Source: Fimbriosthenelais zetlandica (Eukaryota). Taken from it: a stretch of 64,000 nt of DNA. A program made the position numbers and the translations under genes. Below, in pieces: positions 10,007 to 22,000 of this stretch (its first letter is position 1; each line of letters starts with the position of its first letter). The DNA is taken from positions 17,670,001-17,734,000 of the forward strand of contig OZ365113.1 in assembly GCA_977030845.1 (NCBI GenBank). Reading direction: 5' to 3'. A model generated the notes under the pieces. That model did no database searches. It saw nothing but the letters and a program-made list of their open reading frames with translations, and was not told the origin of the DNA.

Positions 10007-13000
10007 AAGGTGGCACGGGGATTGGGGGCCAGTTTCAGTTTTTGTCTGGCCAATTTGACATAATTCAGAATAGAGATGGACATTTTTAAAATTTATTTCA
10101 CAATAAAAATGGACAATTTTTCAGAATAGAGATGGAGAATTTTAGGGGCCCAAATTTGTAGGCCTATTATTTCCTGGCAAAATTGGCACTCAATATGGTA
10201 GGCCTACCGTAGCCCAAAATTTACAATGACCTAAATTTCTGAATTTTTCAGTTTGCAGTCGACGATGCAGCTGGACTATATAGATTTCATTGGGACGCAA
10301 AAAACACAGGTTTGCATGGATGGATTAAAATCCAAAGATGGTTAATTAAAAACGATAGTGATATACACATCATGATTGATCGAAGCAGCCTATTCCTACA
10401 CATACTCCGTAATTTTGCCACCTTCACTGATGCAGCCCAGTCGAAAAAACAGAAGGTCATCATTAATTGTACAGAAGCCCATAAGTCTGAAGACGCCCCC
10501 ATGAATATTTCTGAGTTGCGAAGTATCCTTCTTTGTCGACACATAGAAAATCTTCTGAATGCAAATGGGTAAGTTTAACCTGATTGCAATTTCATCTAGA
10601 TATATTGAGATAGCATTGAGATACCTGGTAGTGAGGTGGTATTTGCTACTATCGGTGTACTCAATTTGCCTGCTGTGTTCCCACATGTTGCTATATGAAA
10701 ACCTACAAAATTTCTTTTTGAAAATGTTTTGTATATTTTCTATTGGCGTCTAAACTGTCCTCCTTATTTCACTTCAGGTATGCTTGTGAGAGACAACCGA
10801 AATTCCTTCCAGATGTTTGGAAGGATATTTGTCCTAATTTTAACATAGCCGCTAATACTGGAAAGTTAAACAATGAGAATGAAGGTTGCAGTTCCTCTAA
10901 TATGGACCATTTTGCGAAATCCCCATATAGAATATGCATAGAAGGCTCATCTGATTGTAAAAACCCTAATGATGGTGAAAGTGCAAAGGAGAAAATAACT
11001 TTGGATCTTAAAACCTTTATTTCTGATAACAACCTCCCTGTTGGAAAAAATGGGTTTGACAAGAATATCGATAGGATCACATGTGAGTTTCTAATTCTCA
11101 CCACTTATTCACTCAGAGTGCCTTTCTATCATGAGGTTTTCTATCACGTTATTTCCTTTTAGATTTAGATCTGCCCTGAACGTGAAATTTTGACCAACTT
11201 ATTAATTTTACAGTGCCAGCTGGAGACATATTGCATCATTTAACCGAGCTAAAATCAACTGTAGAAAAGACGGTGAGTCTCCCTAATAAACCATAATAAT
11301 AAGCTGATTGTGTAGAAGGATATGCTATTCTGGAAATCATGTAATGTCGATCACTGCGATACTGAGGTCAGCCGTTTTTTATTAAAATTGACAGGGGATC
11401 CGTGCTGCCAAATGCTTACACATAGGCGCGAAGTCACGCAGTTTTCAGATACAACAGCTTCACCTGCTGTGGCGAATGATCTCAAATAGTGAAGAAGTGC
11501 CTAATCAGGTAATCTATATGCCAGTCTTTTAAATCAGTGAAAACTCTTCCTCTGTATTTTAATTTCGATTTCATTATTATAATATTGGAAAAGAGATGAT
11601 ACTATTCTATCATTAAACAGGTGCATCTCGTTCATGGTGGTGTGAGCCAGAAAGGGTCCTCTTCGTCAGTGAGTTCTGTGACAGTTGACGAATATTTAAG
11701 GTAAATAAAGCTACACAGACCTGTACATATCCAGTTTTTCGGTGGAGGGAAGTTTAGACAAAAGGACTTTCAATGAAGGAATAATTTATTTTGATTCAGA
11801 TCGAATCCTAACAATCCTTTTAACATCAATTTAAGAAGACGTATTTATAACCCATAAGGATATACTTTTTTTTCTCTCTCTCTCTCTCTCTCTCTAGGAT
11901 TACAAGAGGAGAGATTGAAAATGCCTTCCTCCTAAAGTATGGTGACGTTGTTCGAGGTGAAAATCATTCCAACATTCAACCATAAGCAATTATCAATATT
12001 TTGCAGAATATAGTATATGTACTTAACTATATCCGTTTCTTACTTGATTATAATTATATGGAGTATTAAAATTAAGTATTTGAAGTATTAAAATTAAAAG
12101 CTTTTAAGAATAGTTTTATGCTTGACCGGTCTCTAGTATTTTTTATTATAACTGTCATGCCTTGAGCAGGAAGTGGTTGGCAAGATACTATTGATCAATT
12201 ATCATCTGCTGTGATCTGTATGGAACTGCTCAACAATACCAGTACTTCACAGGTTAGTAAGATCTTCAGTTTCACTTATTTTCTTTCACAAAACAATGTT
12301 TGCAATCTCCTTTAATTTATTGATTTATTTTATTCTGCATTAAAACCCGATTTTATTTTATATTTCCTAAGGTTAAGATTGACACGAGTCCATGTCAGGA
12401 GATAGACACTGCAGCCTCTAGCAGTCCTGGTGTCTTTATCATGTATAATTATGCCCGCCTCTCCACACTCCTCCATAACTTCCACAAGGCTGTTTCTGAT
12501 TGTGAGTACTTGTATCCTTCTCTCAGCATCACATATATTATATTTAAATAGATCTATTACTTTAAAATGGACCCTCTATATAGAAAGTATTTAATCTACA
12601 GATTTGTCTTCTATTACAGCTGTATACCCACCTTTGCCACCCATAGAATCAATAGACTTCAGTTATTTACGTGAAGAGGTATGTCTTAGTACGGACCATA
12701 CTGTTCTTATATTCCATATATATTTATAAATCCGCGAAGTTCGATGTATTCCCAAATTATTGAGTATCTGTTTTTTTTTCTTTCAGGAAGAATGGTCCCT
12801 TCTCTTCAATTATTTATTACCTTACCCAACTATGATTGCCGATACAGTGAGAGAAATTGAGGTGGACAAACTGCGACCGAACATACACACGCACAAGGCA
12901 AGAAATTATGTATAAAAGTAGGGGATGGGGAATTCAAGTGTCAATGTCAAGAAATTTCCTGCAATTCTATGTTTCTGTTTTAATCAGGTTTGCCAGTTTC

Positions 13001-13284
13001 TTCATGACCTCAGCAGAGACGTGAGCTCCTACTATAGCCGTGTACACATTCTCACAGTAAGTTATTTAATATTTGGCCAATTAAATTGCTATGCCTGTTA
13101 TAATGCATATTTTCCCTGAAATAGACCTTCTTAGTGTCACTATATTTCGTGATTTAATTTTCAGGAATGTAGGGAACAGTTATTACCAGTGATGTTTGCC
13201 CGCCTTCACCTTCTCCAAGTCATTCATATTTGTGCTGGACACGGATTACAGCTGCTTGGTATTAAACCTATGTCACAGTTATAA
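9576..13284 (+). CDS. DALRD3: DALR anticodon-binding domain-containing protein 3; 13 coding exons (first 9576-9845, last 13165-13284); alternative in-frame ATG at 9468
   Basis: C-terminal exons GVFIMYNYARLSTLL...YPPLPPIESIDFSYLREE|EEWSLLFNYLLPYP...|VCQFLHDLSRDVSSYYSRVHILT|E..QLLPVMFARLHLL...GLQLLGIKPMSQL* match the DALRD3 DALR domain; N-terminal KRNRNLKEGDFFLP matches the family; phases are consistent. Confidence 0.93.
9973..10005. repeat. Poly-G tract (33 nt) in DALRD3 intron 1
   Basis: Direct reading. Confidence 0.95.
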
Positions 13285-13559
13285 ACCAGTTTCTAACACG
13301 GTCTTCTCTTTATGCAAGACTGTAGTGGTTAGATGAGGAACTGTGATTATTAACTACAAGTATTACACAATATTAATCATGTGCATTGGGATAGATTAAA
13401 CATAATCTAATGTTCAGATGCCATTATAGTTCATCTGTATCAAGATTGAAACGTCTATAATTTTGTCAAAGTTTATTATCCAAATACTCATAAACAGGAA
13501 TCAGTTTAAATTGTTTTTAAATGCAGAGGAACAAAATGATATTAAATTGTAGTGTAGTG

Positions 13560-15710
13560 CTATCTTAAAAATCCAACCCTCTCTCCCTTGTTTAATAGCT
13601 TCTCGTCCTCCTCTAACTTGAGCCGGACTGATTTATTTAGAGCCATTCCTACACGTCTGCCACACTAGAAATGTGAAAGAATCATACAGTATAAGTATCG
13701 TACAGTACGGTATAAAATACAATAGTCCCGACACAACAGCGCATATCTATATCCCCAGAAATTTTAAGTAACATAACCTGTGATTATTTAGGGGTAAAAA
13801 CCTGACAACGGTAGCGTAGAGTTACATACCTCCATCATATCATATATACTATCTGGATCTAGACTGCCCACTCCTTCTTTGTTAATGGCAGTCACGGTTC
13901 CCTGTTCAGTGACTCCCATCATTAAACTGCGGAAAAAAAGTAGTATCTATTATCAGGAGATATTCCTCAGTGCTCGCCAAGAATATTAAATGAAATTATC
14001 AAAATAACAGATTCTTAAATGAAAACTGCCATTGTATACATGTATAGGGGAAAAACTTTACCTTGCTACGGAACAAGCCTCTTCTTGCATTGAAGCATCC
14101 ACTACATGATTCATTCCAATCTACAAAGTAAAGAAACTTCTCATAAACACAACCATGGTCAGCATTAAATATAGCACTGAGATGAAAGTGAATAGGACCT
14201 ATACTCATCATAACTAAAATGTTTAAAAATGTTTAAATTCTTCGACTTACTTTGTTTAAACTGACTGTGCAAGGTGCCTTCGTTGTATCAATCCTGATGC
14301 AATTGTAAGGATCATCTGACAGCTCCAGCTCCATATATCCAGTCTCGCCTGATGTAACTGTCACATTAGGTATTCTGAAAGGAATCATTTTATTCAATTT
14401 ACATCAATATTCAGATATCAATCAATGGGAGTAGAAGATATATTGGCAGCTGTTTATTTTTCAATAATAATAATTTTCACTAAAAAAATTTTAAAAGTCA
14501 CTTACTGGGTATTGTAAAGTGCACATTTCACGGCTACTGATGCAGCATCAAACAAAGTTCCTCCACACTCAAGTATCTGAATAACAGAACGATATCAAAA
14601 AGGACTAAAAATGTCCCTCTGAGAATATAATTCAGTGTTTCTCCCTTGCAGAAATAGTTTTCTGTTTATCTGACTTAGAGAGTAGCTGGTATACCCGAGG
14701 TAAAATGACAAAATAATATCATCTTAATTTGTAAAATAAAACCATACCAAAATGTCCACATACAGGACCCAGCATTGTTGCCTGGGGATGACACACAGAC
14801 TCTGAAGGTCCAAGCTCTGCTGATTGTCATACATCCTGGCAAAAACGTTACTGATCTGCTGCGCCAGTTCTTCACCGCCTCGACCCTCAAACTTTGGTGT
14901 GGCATTAGCAGAGCTACAATAAATGGTGTATTTACAATTTAGTATAGGAATGCAGTATAGATATTTTATAGTTTTGTGATATAAACTTTTCCCCTCTAAC
15001 TGTAGTGTAAAGTACAGCGTATGGATTTTTTTTAAATTAGATTAAATGATCCTAAGATAATATATTCTCCTCCGAGTCCTCAAACATACCAATCAACAAA
15101 GAATTCCAATCTGCCTTCATTGGGACGATCAGGTAAAGGATCACCAAGTTCTGCTTTAACACCGACCAGTATATCTGTGTGGGACTGTAATCAGAAGTTG
15201 AAAACCTTAAAAATACACTGTATAAGCAAAAAAATCAAACAAATCATTTAAAATAAATAGACCTGACCTATTATGCCTTTAGCAAGTTTAGGCTTTAACT
15301 GTTTAAGCCTACTTACTAATCTTACTCTCGCTGAACCACTGCTATTTGACACGACATCTTTTTCTATTTCAATCGCACGAAAATCCTCACATCCTCGACC
15401 ATCGATACGTAAGTTATCCTGAATGAAATAGTAAAATATTAAACATGAATAGGTAATGCCATTGGTAGGCCTATAGGCTATACTATGCCAAGTTCTACAT
15501 GCATCTGCGATTGATGAAAACCTCTATTATCGCTCACATCCACTTGGCGATGAAAATTAAGGGTGGACCATAAATAATATTGGCTTTAAGAGAAATAAAT
15601 TTTGACCACAATAGCTTTTATATCTAAGGATGACATATATTTGTTTTCTTTACCTGAACTCCGTGCAAAATAAAAGTTCTTTCGGCCTCACTCAACAGAA
15701 TCTCAGCCAT
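13560..15710 (-). CDS. EXOSC7: Exosome complex component RRP42; 9 coding exons
   Basis: MAEILLSEAERTFILHGVQ|DNLRIDGRGCEDFR...|SHTDILVGVKAELG...GRLEFFVD|CSANATPKFEGRGGEELA...WVLYVDIL|ILECGG.LFDA.S.AVK.AL.NT|...SDDPY...|IG.NHVVDA.MQEEAC|...GSLDPDSIYDMME|...RVGFLR*; TAG at 13560-13562. Confidence 0.96.
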
Positions 15711-16076
15711 GCTGCTGGTACAGGAAGTAGCATCTGTGTACACAATACGATGGCCCAAATGTACCAAGGCTTAAACTGCTAAATTGCAAAATATAACCAT
15801 ATTTTAAAATTTTTAACGCATCTGATATAATTTAGAAAAACACTTTGTGAAGTATAGGTTACTATTTGATGAAATTTTCTCGTTTCTGTAGAATATATTG
15901 AACATATTCTATTTCAACCTTTTGGGTACCGTACTAAATTCACTCAGAGCACAATTTCTGATGACGTTTATCACATGTGCGCTGGGTTGACTGAAGAAAT
16001 TTAGCGACGGTGCTTAGGATTTTCTCGGACTATGGGCCTTTTCTGTTGAAATTGGAGGGTATAATCGTAAAAAGAT
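15711..16076. promoter_or_regulatory. Bidirectional promoter region and inferred first exon of the zDHHC gene, ending AAAAAGAT|GTAAGT
   Basis: EXOSC7 ATG at 15710 (-); perfect plus-strand donor GTAAGT at 16077-16082 preceded by AT (16075-16076). Confidence 0.6.
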
Positions 16077-19000
16077 GTAAGTATGAGGAATGTTTTAATT
16101 GCGTTATAAGTGAAATTACCCGATTATTTTAATATGTATGATTAAATCGGTCATACTGGATTTGTTCCTGGTCCGGTGCTGACCCGAGACCGAAGGCGAA
16201 GATGAAGTGCCGAACTTGTCGGTCTGGCCTTGTCGGCCTGCACGATCGCTCATGCATGTTGAGTTGTGTTGATGTTGACACGATTCCCTTGTTAACGCCC
16301 ATGGTGTGACACGTAGTTGTAGTCTCGTAGTGTCCCATGTGAATTTCTTGGAGTCCCAGAGAAATTATATAATGTACTAGCTTTGAAGCTTTATATTGAC
16401 TGACACTGTCATTTCCGGCAGTAGTACTCGTAGTAATAATAGTACGGTACCCTACAATTGCCATGACTGAGATGGAGGTGTGACTCCTGTCAGTGTCAGG
16501 TGTATGAAATTCATGGCCCAGTTTTTAAAGTCCCTATGTCTATGACTATTAGGTATTCTTTGCAGTTTCTAAATAGGGAAAATGAAAGTAACATTTCAGT
16601 GTAGAATGCTGCACAATTATTAAACATAGGCCTACCGTACCAGTAATTAAACATGCAAGAAAAGTCCAACTGTATTATTAAAAGAATATTTAATGATGTT
16701 AAGACCATACGTTTAAGTGTGTTTTTGATCATTTCTCATGCGACACTCACAGGAAAGATCGATTTGTTTGAGATACCTGGTTGCATTTGATAGGCTTAGA
16801 TTCCTATTACCGGTATCTATTATTAAAATATAATGAGTATTGAAATGTCTAGTTTGGCACTGACCTTTGAAGCTTTCTCATGAGCTTTTCTGATATGAAA
16901 ATCAGAAAAAAATAAGGAAATAAGATTGCATACAGAAATTCTTGTGTTTCCCTCTTGTTGTCTATCTTGCTGTGAATATGCTATGTTTTTATGATATTGT
17001 TACTGAATTGTTAGTCCTAGATGTGTGCACGCTGACAATACTGCTTCTACTAACAGGATACCTCTCCACTCTCTCGATAAATAATTATTTTTTGTTGAGA
17101 CATTGCGCATGTTCATGTAGTTGCAAGCCTTTCAATTAATTTTTTTCCATTGTTCCCAGTGCCCTGTGATCATTCAGTATCATGAAGCGAACACAGTACG
17201 TGTACCGGTATCAGCATTGATACCGATTGTACTCGTATATTTAATATATCGCACTTAATGATAATATACCGTAAATATGATAACATATATTCCCAACAAA
17301 AAAACATCACACATGAAGAAGAGAAAATGGGATGCAACATTCACGCTTTATCCACGGGGATGGGATAAATAGAACTAACATTTGCAACAGTGATAGAGAT
17401 TCTATTCTTATTTCAAGTCTTAGTTTTGTTGCATGCAACCCTTTCAGTGGAAATACCCGCATTTTGGAACCCGGCTCTGGCTTAGCTCAAATGTGTGTTT
17501 TATTTAAATATGTATTGGCTTCTATATGCCAAATTCTTTGAATGTGTTGGAGACATTTTTTTATAGGCACACAAGCAACCAGTTTTATAGCCTCGATTTT
17601 CGAGTGCTTTTTTAACATTTGTAAAGAGAAAGCGGGAAGGGCTGTGTGGTGGGACGGCATCTAATGTTTCTATGTGTTTGTGTCCATGTTCCAGGACCCT
17701 GGGTTCTGAACAGGGTGGGACCAACGGTACCACGGGTCCAGTGATCCGCACCTTCAAGTCAAGTCGCCAGGGTGCGGGCGAGATCCCCGACTACCAAGAC
17801 GCCATAGCACTGATGGACTGTACGCCTTTTTGGCGGAAACTTGGCATTCGCTGGTCCATTTGCCAGCGTGTCTGGTTCGTGAAGGATGTCTGTGGTCTAA
17901 TTTGTGCCCTCTTCACCTGGGGCCTCCTCCTCTATGCTGAATATGTCATCACTTTTGTGATGCTCCTCCCTTCCCCTGACACTCTTCATTCCCTTGTGAA
18001 TGGAATCATGTTCCAAGTTTTAATTTTTCTCGCCATAGCATCCCATCTTCGAACAATGCTAACTGATCCGGTAAGTGAGCCCCAAAAGTGCATCCAAGTG
18101 ATGTTGATTCTAGTCTGTGTTTCTCCATGCGCTAGCCCGTTTATAGCTCAATGGTTATGGACCCCTGAATGTATATATATTGGAGACAAACTGTCCTTCG
18201 TGTTTGTGCTATCTCCAGTACCTTACACTTTACTAATACACTGGCCTTGCTAAAATACTGCTACTCACTGGATTGGCTCTGCTATACCTTTAGGATGCAT
18301 GCTTAGTTTAGAATCTTTAATCCTTACTTCCACAAATCACAAATCCTGAGAATGTTGACCATACCAAGAATTGCCTTCATTTTATCATTCAATTGGATTT
18401 TCTTATTAACTGACCGATGTAGGAAAAAGTCAACCTTGGAATCCCCTCCCCTTGTTGTTAGTTTTTTATATTCTGGAATTCCTGGTTACTGTGGACATTC
18501 TTCCCGGATTTGAGAAGTAGTTGATATAAGTGATGCAAGTGCGAGGGGTTAAATTCTCTTACAGGTAGGTCTCAAGTCTCTTTATTTTCAGCAAGCATCC
18601 TCAGAGTCTGTACCTTTCAGACTCTAAATATTTCAGAGCGTGTTGGTCAGTCAGCACCTACTCCCAGGAGCACTCAAGATGACCTCCCCCATGGTGAAGA
18701 TCATGCCCAAAATTGTTTTCCCTCCTAAATAAATTTTGGCCATTTATCAAAAAATAATAAAAATAAACCTGTCGTGTGCCGTGTTGTTGTTTTCGCCAGG
18801 AGTCTATTAGAAGCACGGTCAACCCAGGCGGGTACAGGTCCGGCTATAAGGGCTTCCTGGTCCAACCCCACAGCGGCCACTACTTATGCACGACACCCCA
18901 TCAACTCTGCCAGTGTGCCTTCTTCAGCTTCCATCCTGCCCGGCAATATGTCAGGCAATCTGTACCCACCAGCTTCAGCCGAGTACCACGATGATCTGTC

Positions 19001-22000
19001 CTACCAAGATAACATCACCATTATGGACTGTAGTGAAGCTGCCAGGATCCTTTTTCCTGGTCGGGTGGAGACCTGTAGGCTCTGGTTTGTACGAGACAGT
19101 GCAGGCGTCTTTGCTTGCGTGTTCACCTGGATGCTCATATTTGGTGGAGAACTGCTGCTCATCTTCGGCATTTTGGTGCACTTCCACAACGGGTACTATG
19201 CATTTTTGCAGGGAACAATCAATATGTTCTTTGCCATGTTAGCAGCTGCCTCACATCTCAAGACCATGTTTACTGACCCGGTGAGTTTTTCTTCTGAGCC
19301 TAACTTTAGTGAGCTCAGAGAATTCTTATAGGAAATATTAATAGGAGATGGGTCACACTCTGGCCCATCTAATCTGGTGTCCTCTGTTATTTTTCGAGTT
19401 AATGTGCCCTGATTGTCTGTTACCACTTGTAGATATCGCCTTGGATAAGATACATTTCTTTTTCTGGCTGGACAACAAATTTCCCTAAAAATACCTGTCT
19501 AGGATTAGGTTCAATTTTATGTTCATGCACTCTCATCTAATAATCCTACTGTAGATAAAATTTTTAAATTCATTACTTAAAAGCATGTAAGATAATGCTT
19601 TATATTTGATATTTTGGACACATGTGTATATATATGCCTGTGTTGACTGAATTATATATGAGCACCAATATCTCACTATGCAAAAGAGATAATGAATGCA
19701 TTCACCCGCACATTGAAAAGCATGTTGAAAATTCTTTCATTTGGCATTAGGCCTAACCGACAGGTTTTTATACCTATGTTAAATTTATTTGAACTTTCAG
19801 TTGGGATTTGTGTAAAGGTTTTAACTTGGTAAATACATGGGAATTGTTTATCATCTGGAGTATTTTTTCCTGCGGGCAATTATCTTGACCAATATCAAAG
19901 ACATAGATCACCATATTATTCAATCAGAGGACTCTTTTAATCAGTATTAGATTTTTTGGCCAAATTAAATACAATAGTAAGTATCGCTCATGCAGAACAT
20001 CAAGATAAGTGAGGAATGACGAACGGAAGATATGTCGCTACTGAAAGGTGTTGCTATTCTTTTACAATATTTTTCTTAAGTATCTCTTTGACTGACGTTT
20101 CCGTCTATGTGAGATCCAAGGTGAGGTCCTTGAAGGAAACTTTCTCGAGGCAAACTTTTACCCTAATTACTCCGACTTTACTTTACTACTACTAAACAAA
20201 GTGAGTGTTTCCTAAACTAGCTGTTAAGGTTTGTAACCCTTTCTAATCAGAAATCCTTGTTATTTTTTATTATTCGCACCTCATATGTTTTCTTAGCACA
20301 TATTTAGCATGCTCTGCATAGTTTAGTCCTTCCCATGGTCTATGTCGGTTTGTCCTATTGAATTGTATTTGGTAAATGTACAACGAAAAATCTCATCTTT
20401 TTGAAGTATCATCGGTAATATTCTGTTGTACCTAATTCTTGTAATCTTTTTCACTTATTAATTAATTTGTGAGATGTCACCCAGCAGAGAGTAGTTGTCT
20501 AAGAAAGGCACCTAGCTGTCCCCTTGTACAAAATATCTTCAATTAAATTTGTAATATGTTTATGATATCTTTGCTAATTGTTATCTATCAATCATTTTAC
20601 AGGGGGCTGTTCCGAGAGGAAACGCAACAAAGGAAAATATAGCTCGCATGGGACTCAAGGAAGGACAAGTTGTCTTCAAATGTCCAAAATGTGTATCTAT
20701 TAAACCTGATAGGGCGCATCATTGCAGGTAAATCAATCTAAGTCATTATCTTGATCATTTCAGTTATCGAGTTGGTTATAATACATCTTGTAGAATCCAG
20801 ATTTCAACGTTTAAAATCAGTTTCCGTGATGCGATTTATGTATGCAGGGGTAGAGAAATCCACTGGTCCGAGGACAAGGACCAGTAATAATTTGCTTTGG
20901 TCTTGTAAAAAAATAACCTTACTAGCCCGATGTCCAGCATGAGATAAATCGGGATAGTAATTAACAGTACACCAGTAGCCAAACAATCTGCTCTATTCCA
21001 TTATAAGGCTTGTGGTCGGGGTTAGGTTTCTTTTTTTTTTTTGTGAAACAGTAATGACAAATTTCAGACAATATATTTTATATTTTACTGGTCCTGACCA
21101 GTGGACTAAAAAATTATTTCTCTACCCCTGGACTATGTTTAGAGGAGTATGTAGGAAGGGATACAATTGTAAAAAGAGATATTCAGGACATAATCAATCC
21201 AATGGCCAGTTGTTGCGAACTTCAAGTTCATTCATGTATTACGTTAGATAAAGTACGGAGGAACTGACCTCTGAGCAAAAGTGAGCTGCTCAATCAGAAC
21301 GTGCTGCCGTCCTGTGGTAGACTGATGAACCATCACTCATCACTATTACTGCACGGCCTCTACCCAGGTCGGGGTTGAACCGTCTGATTTTCAAGACGTG
21401 CACTGTTTTGATTCTAAGACTATGAATCGGACGGTTAAACACAGTAGAATTGGGAAGAACTCTCAAAATAGTGAAAGGCATCTTGCATGTTATGTGACTT
21501 TAACACTGACTTTGAAGCGATTTTGAATTAAGAAATTGATGGTCCAATGTTAGGTTCTGAGTTTGAAATACCACCAGCCATATAGATCTATCAATTGATA
21601 CATTTCTCTTGGGAGTTCCCCTCACACTCAGTTCTTTCTGTGAGAAAATTATATTCCTTTCGCAGGTTATGCCCTCACAGCAGGTGCTTAGCTAGAATAA
21701 TATGCCATACATAATTATATACTTGTAGGATAGGCTACTAGATTCATGCCTTCCTGCCCATTTTAGACTGTCCTTCCTGATCACCTATAAGCAATACACC
21801 GCCATCAAATCTTTTCAGCCAATTGATACAGGGCACTGAGGGCTGCCACAAGCACTTAACATCAGTAAAGCACATGTGACCTTCTTATTAAACACCCTCT
21901 CCTGCTCGTAGAACTATACCCCAGCCCCAAACCGATTATTAGATTGCTTCCGTTGGCCTCCACCAGAGTCCACTGGCGTGCCCATTACTGGCCTCTTAGG

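Noticed and set aside
9846-10251. miRNA hairpins analogous to human miR-191/425 in the DALRD3 intron
   Set aside because: No long hairpin or matching seed seen
12512-12519. GTATCCTT, a U12-type 5' splice-site consensus in a DALRD3 intron
   Set aside because: Using it gives phase 2, whereas the next exon (12620) needs phase 1; the GTGAGT donor at 12502 fits
16129-16464. 111-aa minus-strand ORF upstream of EXOSC7
   Set aside because: No recognisable domain or splice linkage; likely a by-product of a CpG-rich regulatory block
17672-17694. MCLCPCSR N-terminus from the ATG at 17672
   Set aside because: It lies within the acceptor tract of exon A; the split-ATG model explains both exons. It remains possible only if exon A has its own TSS
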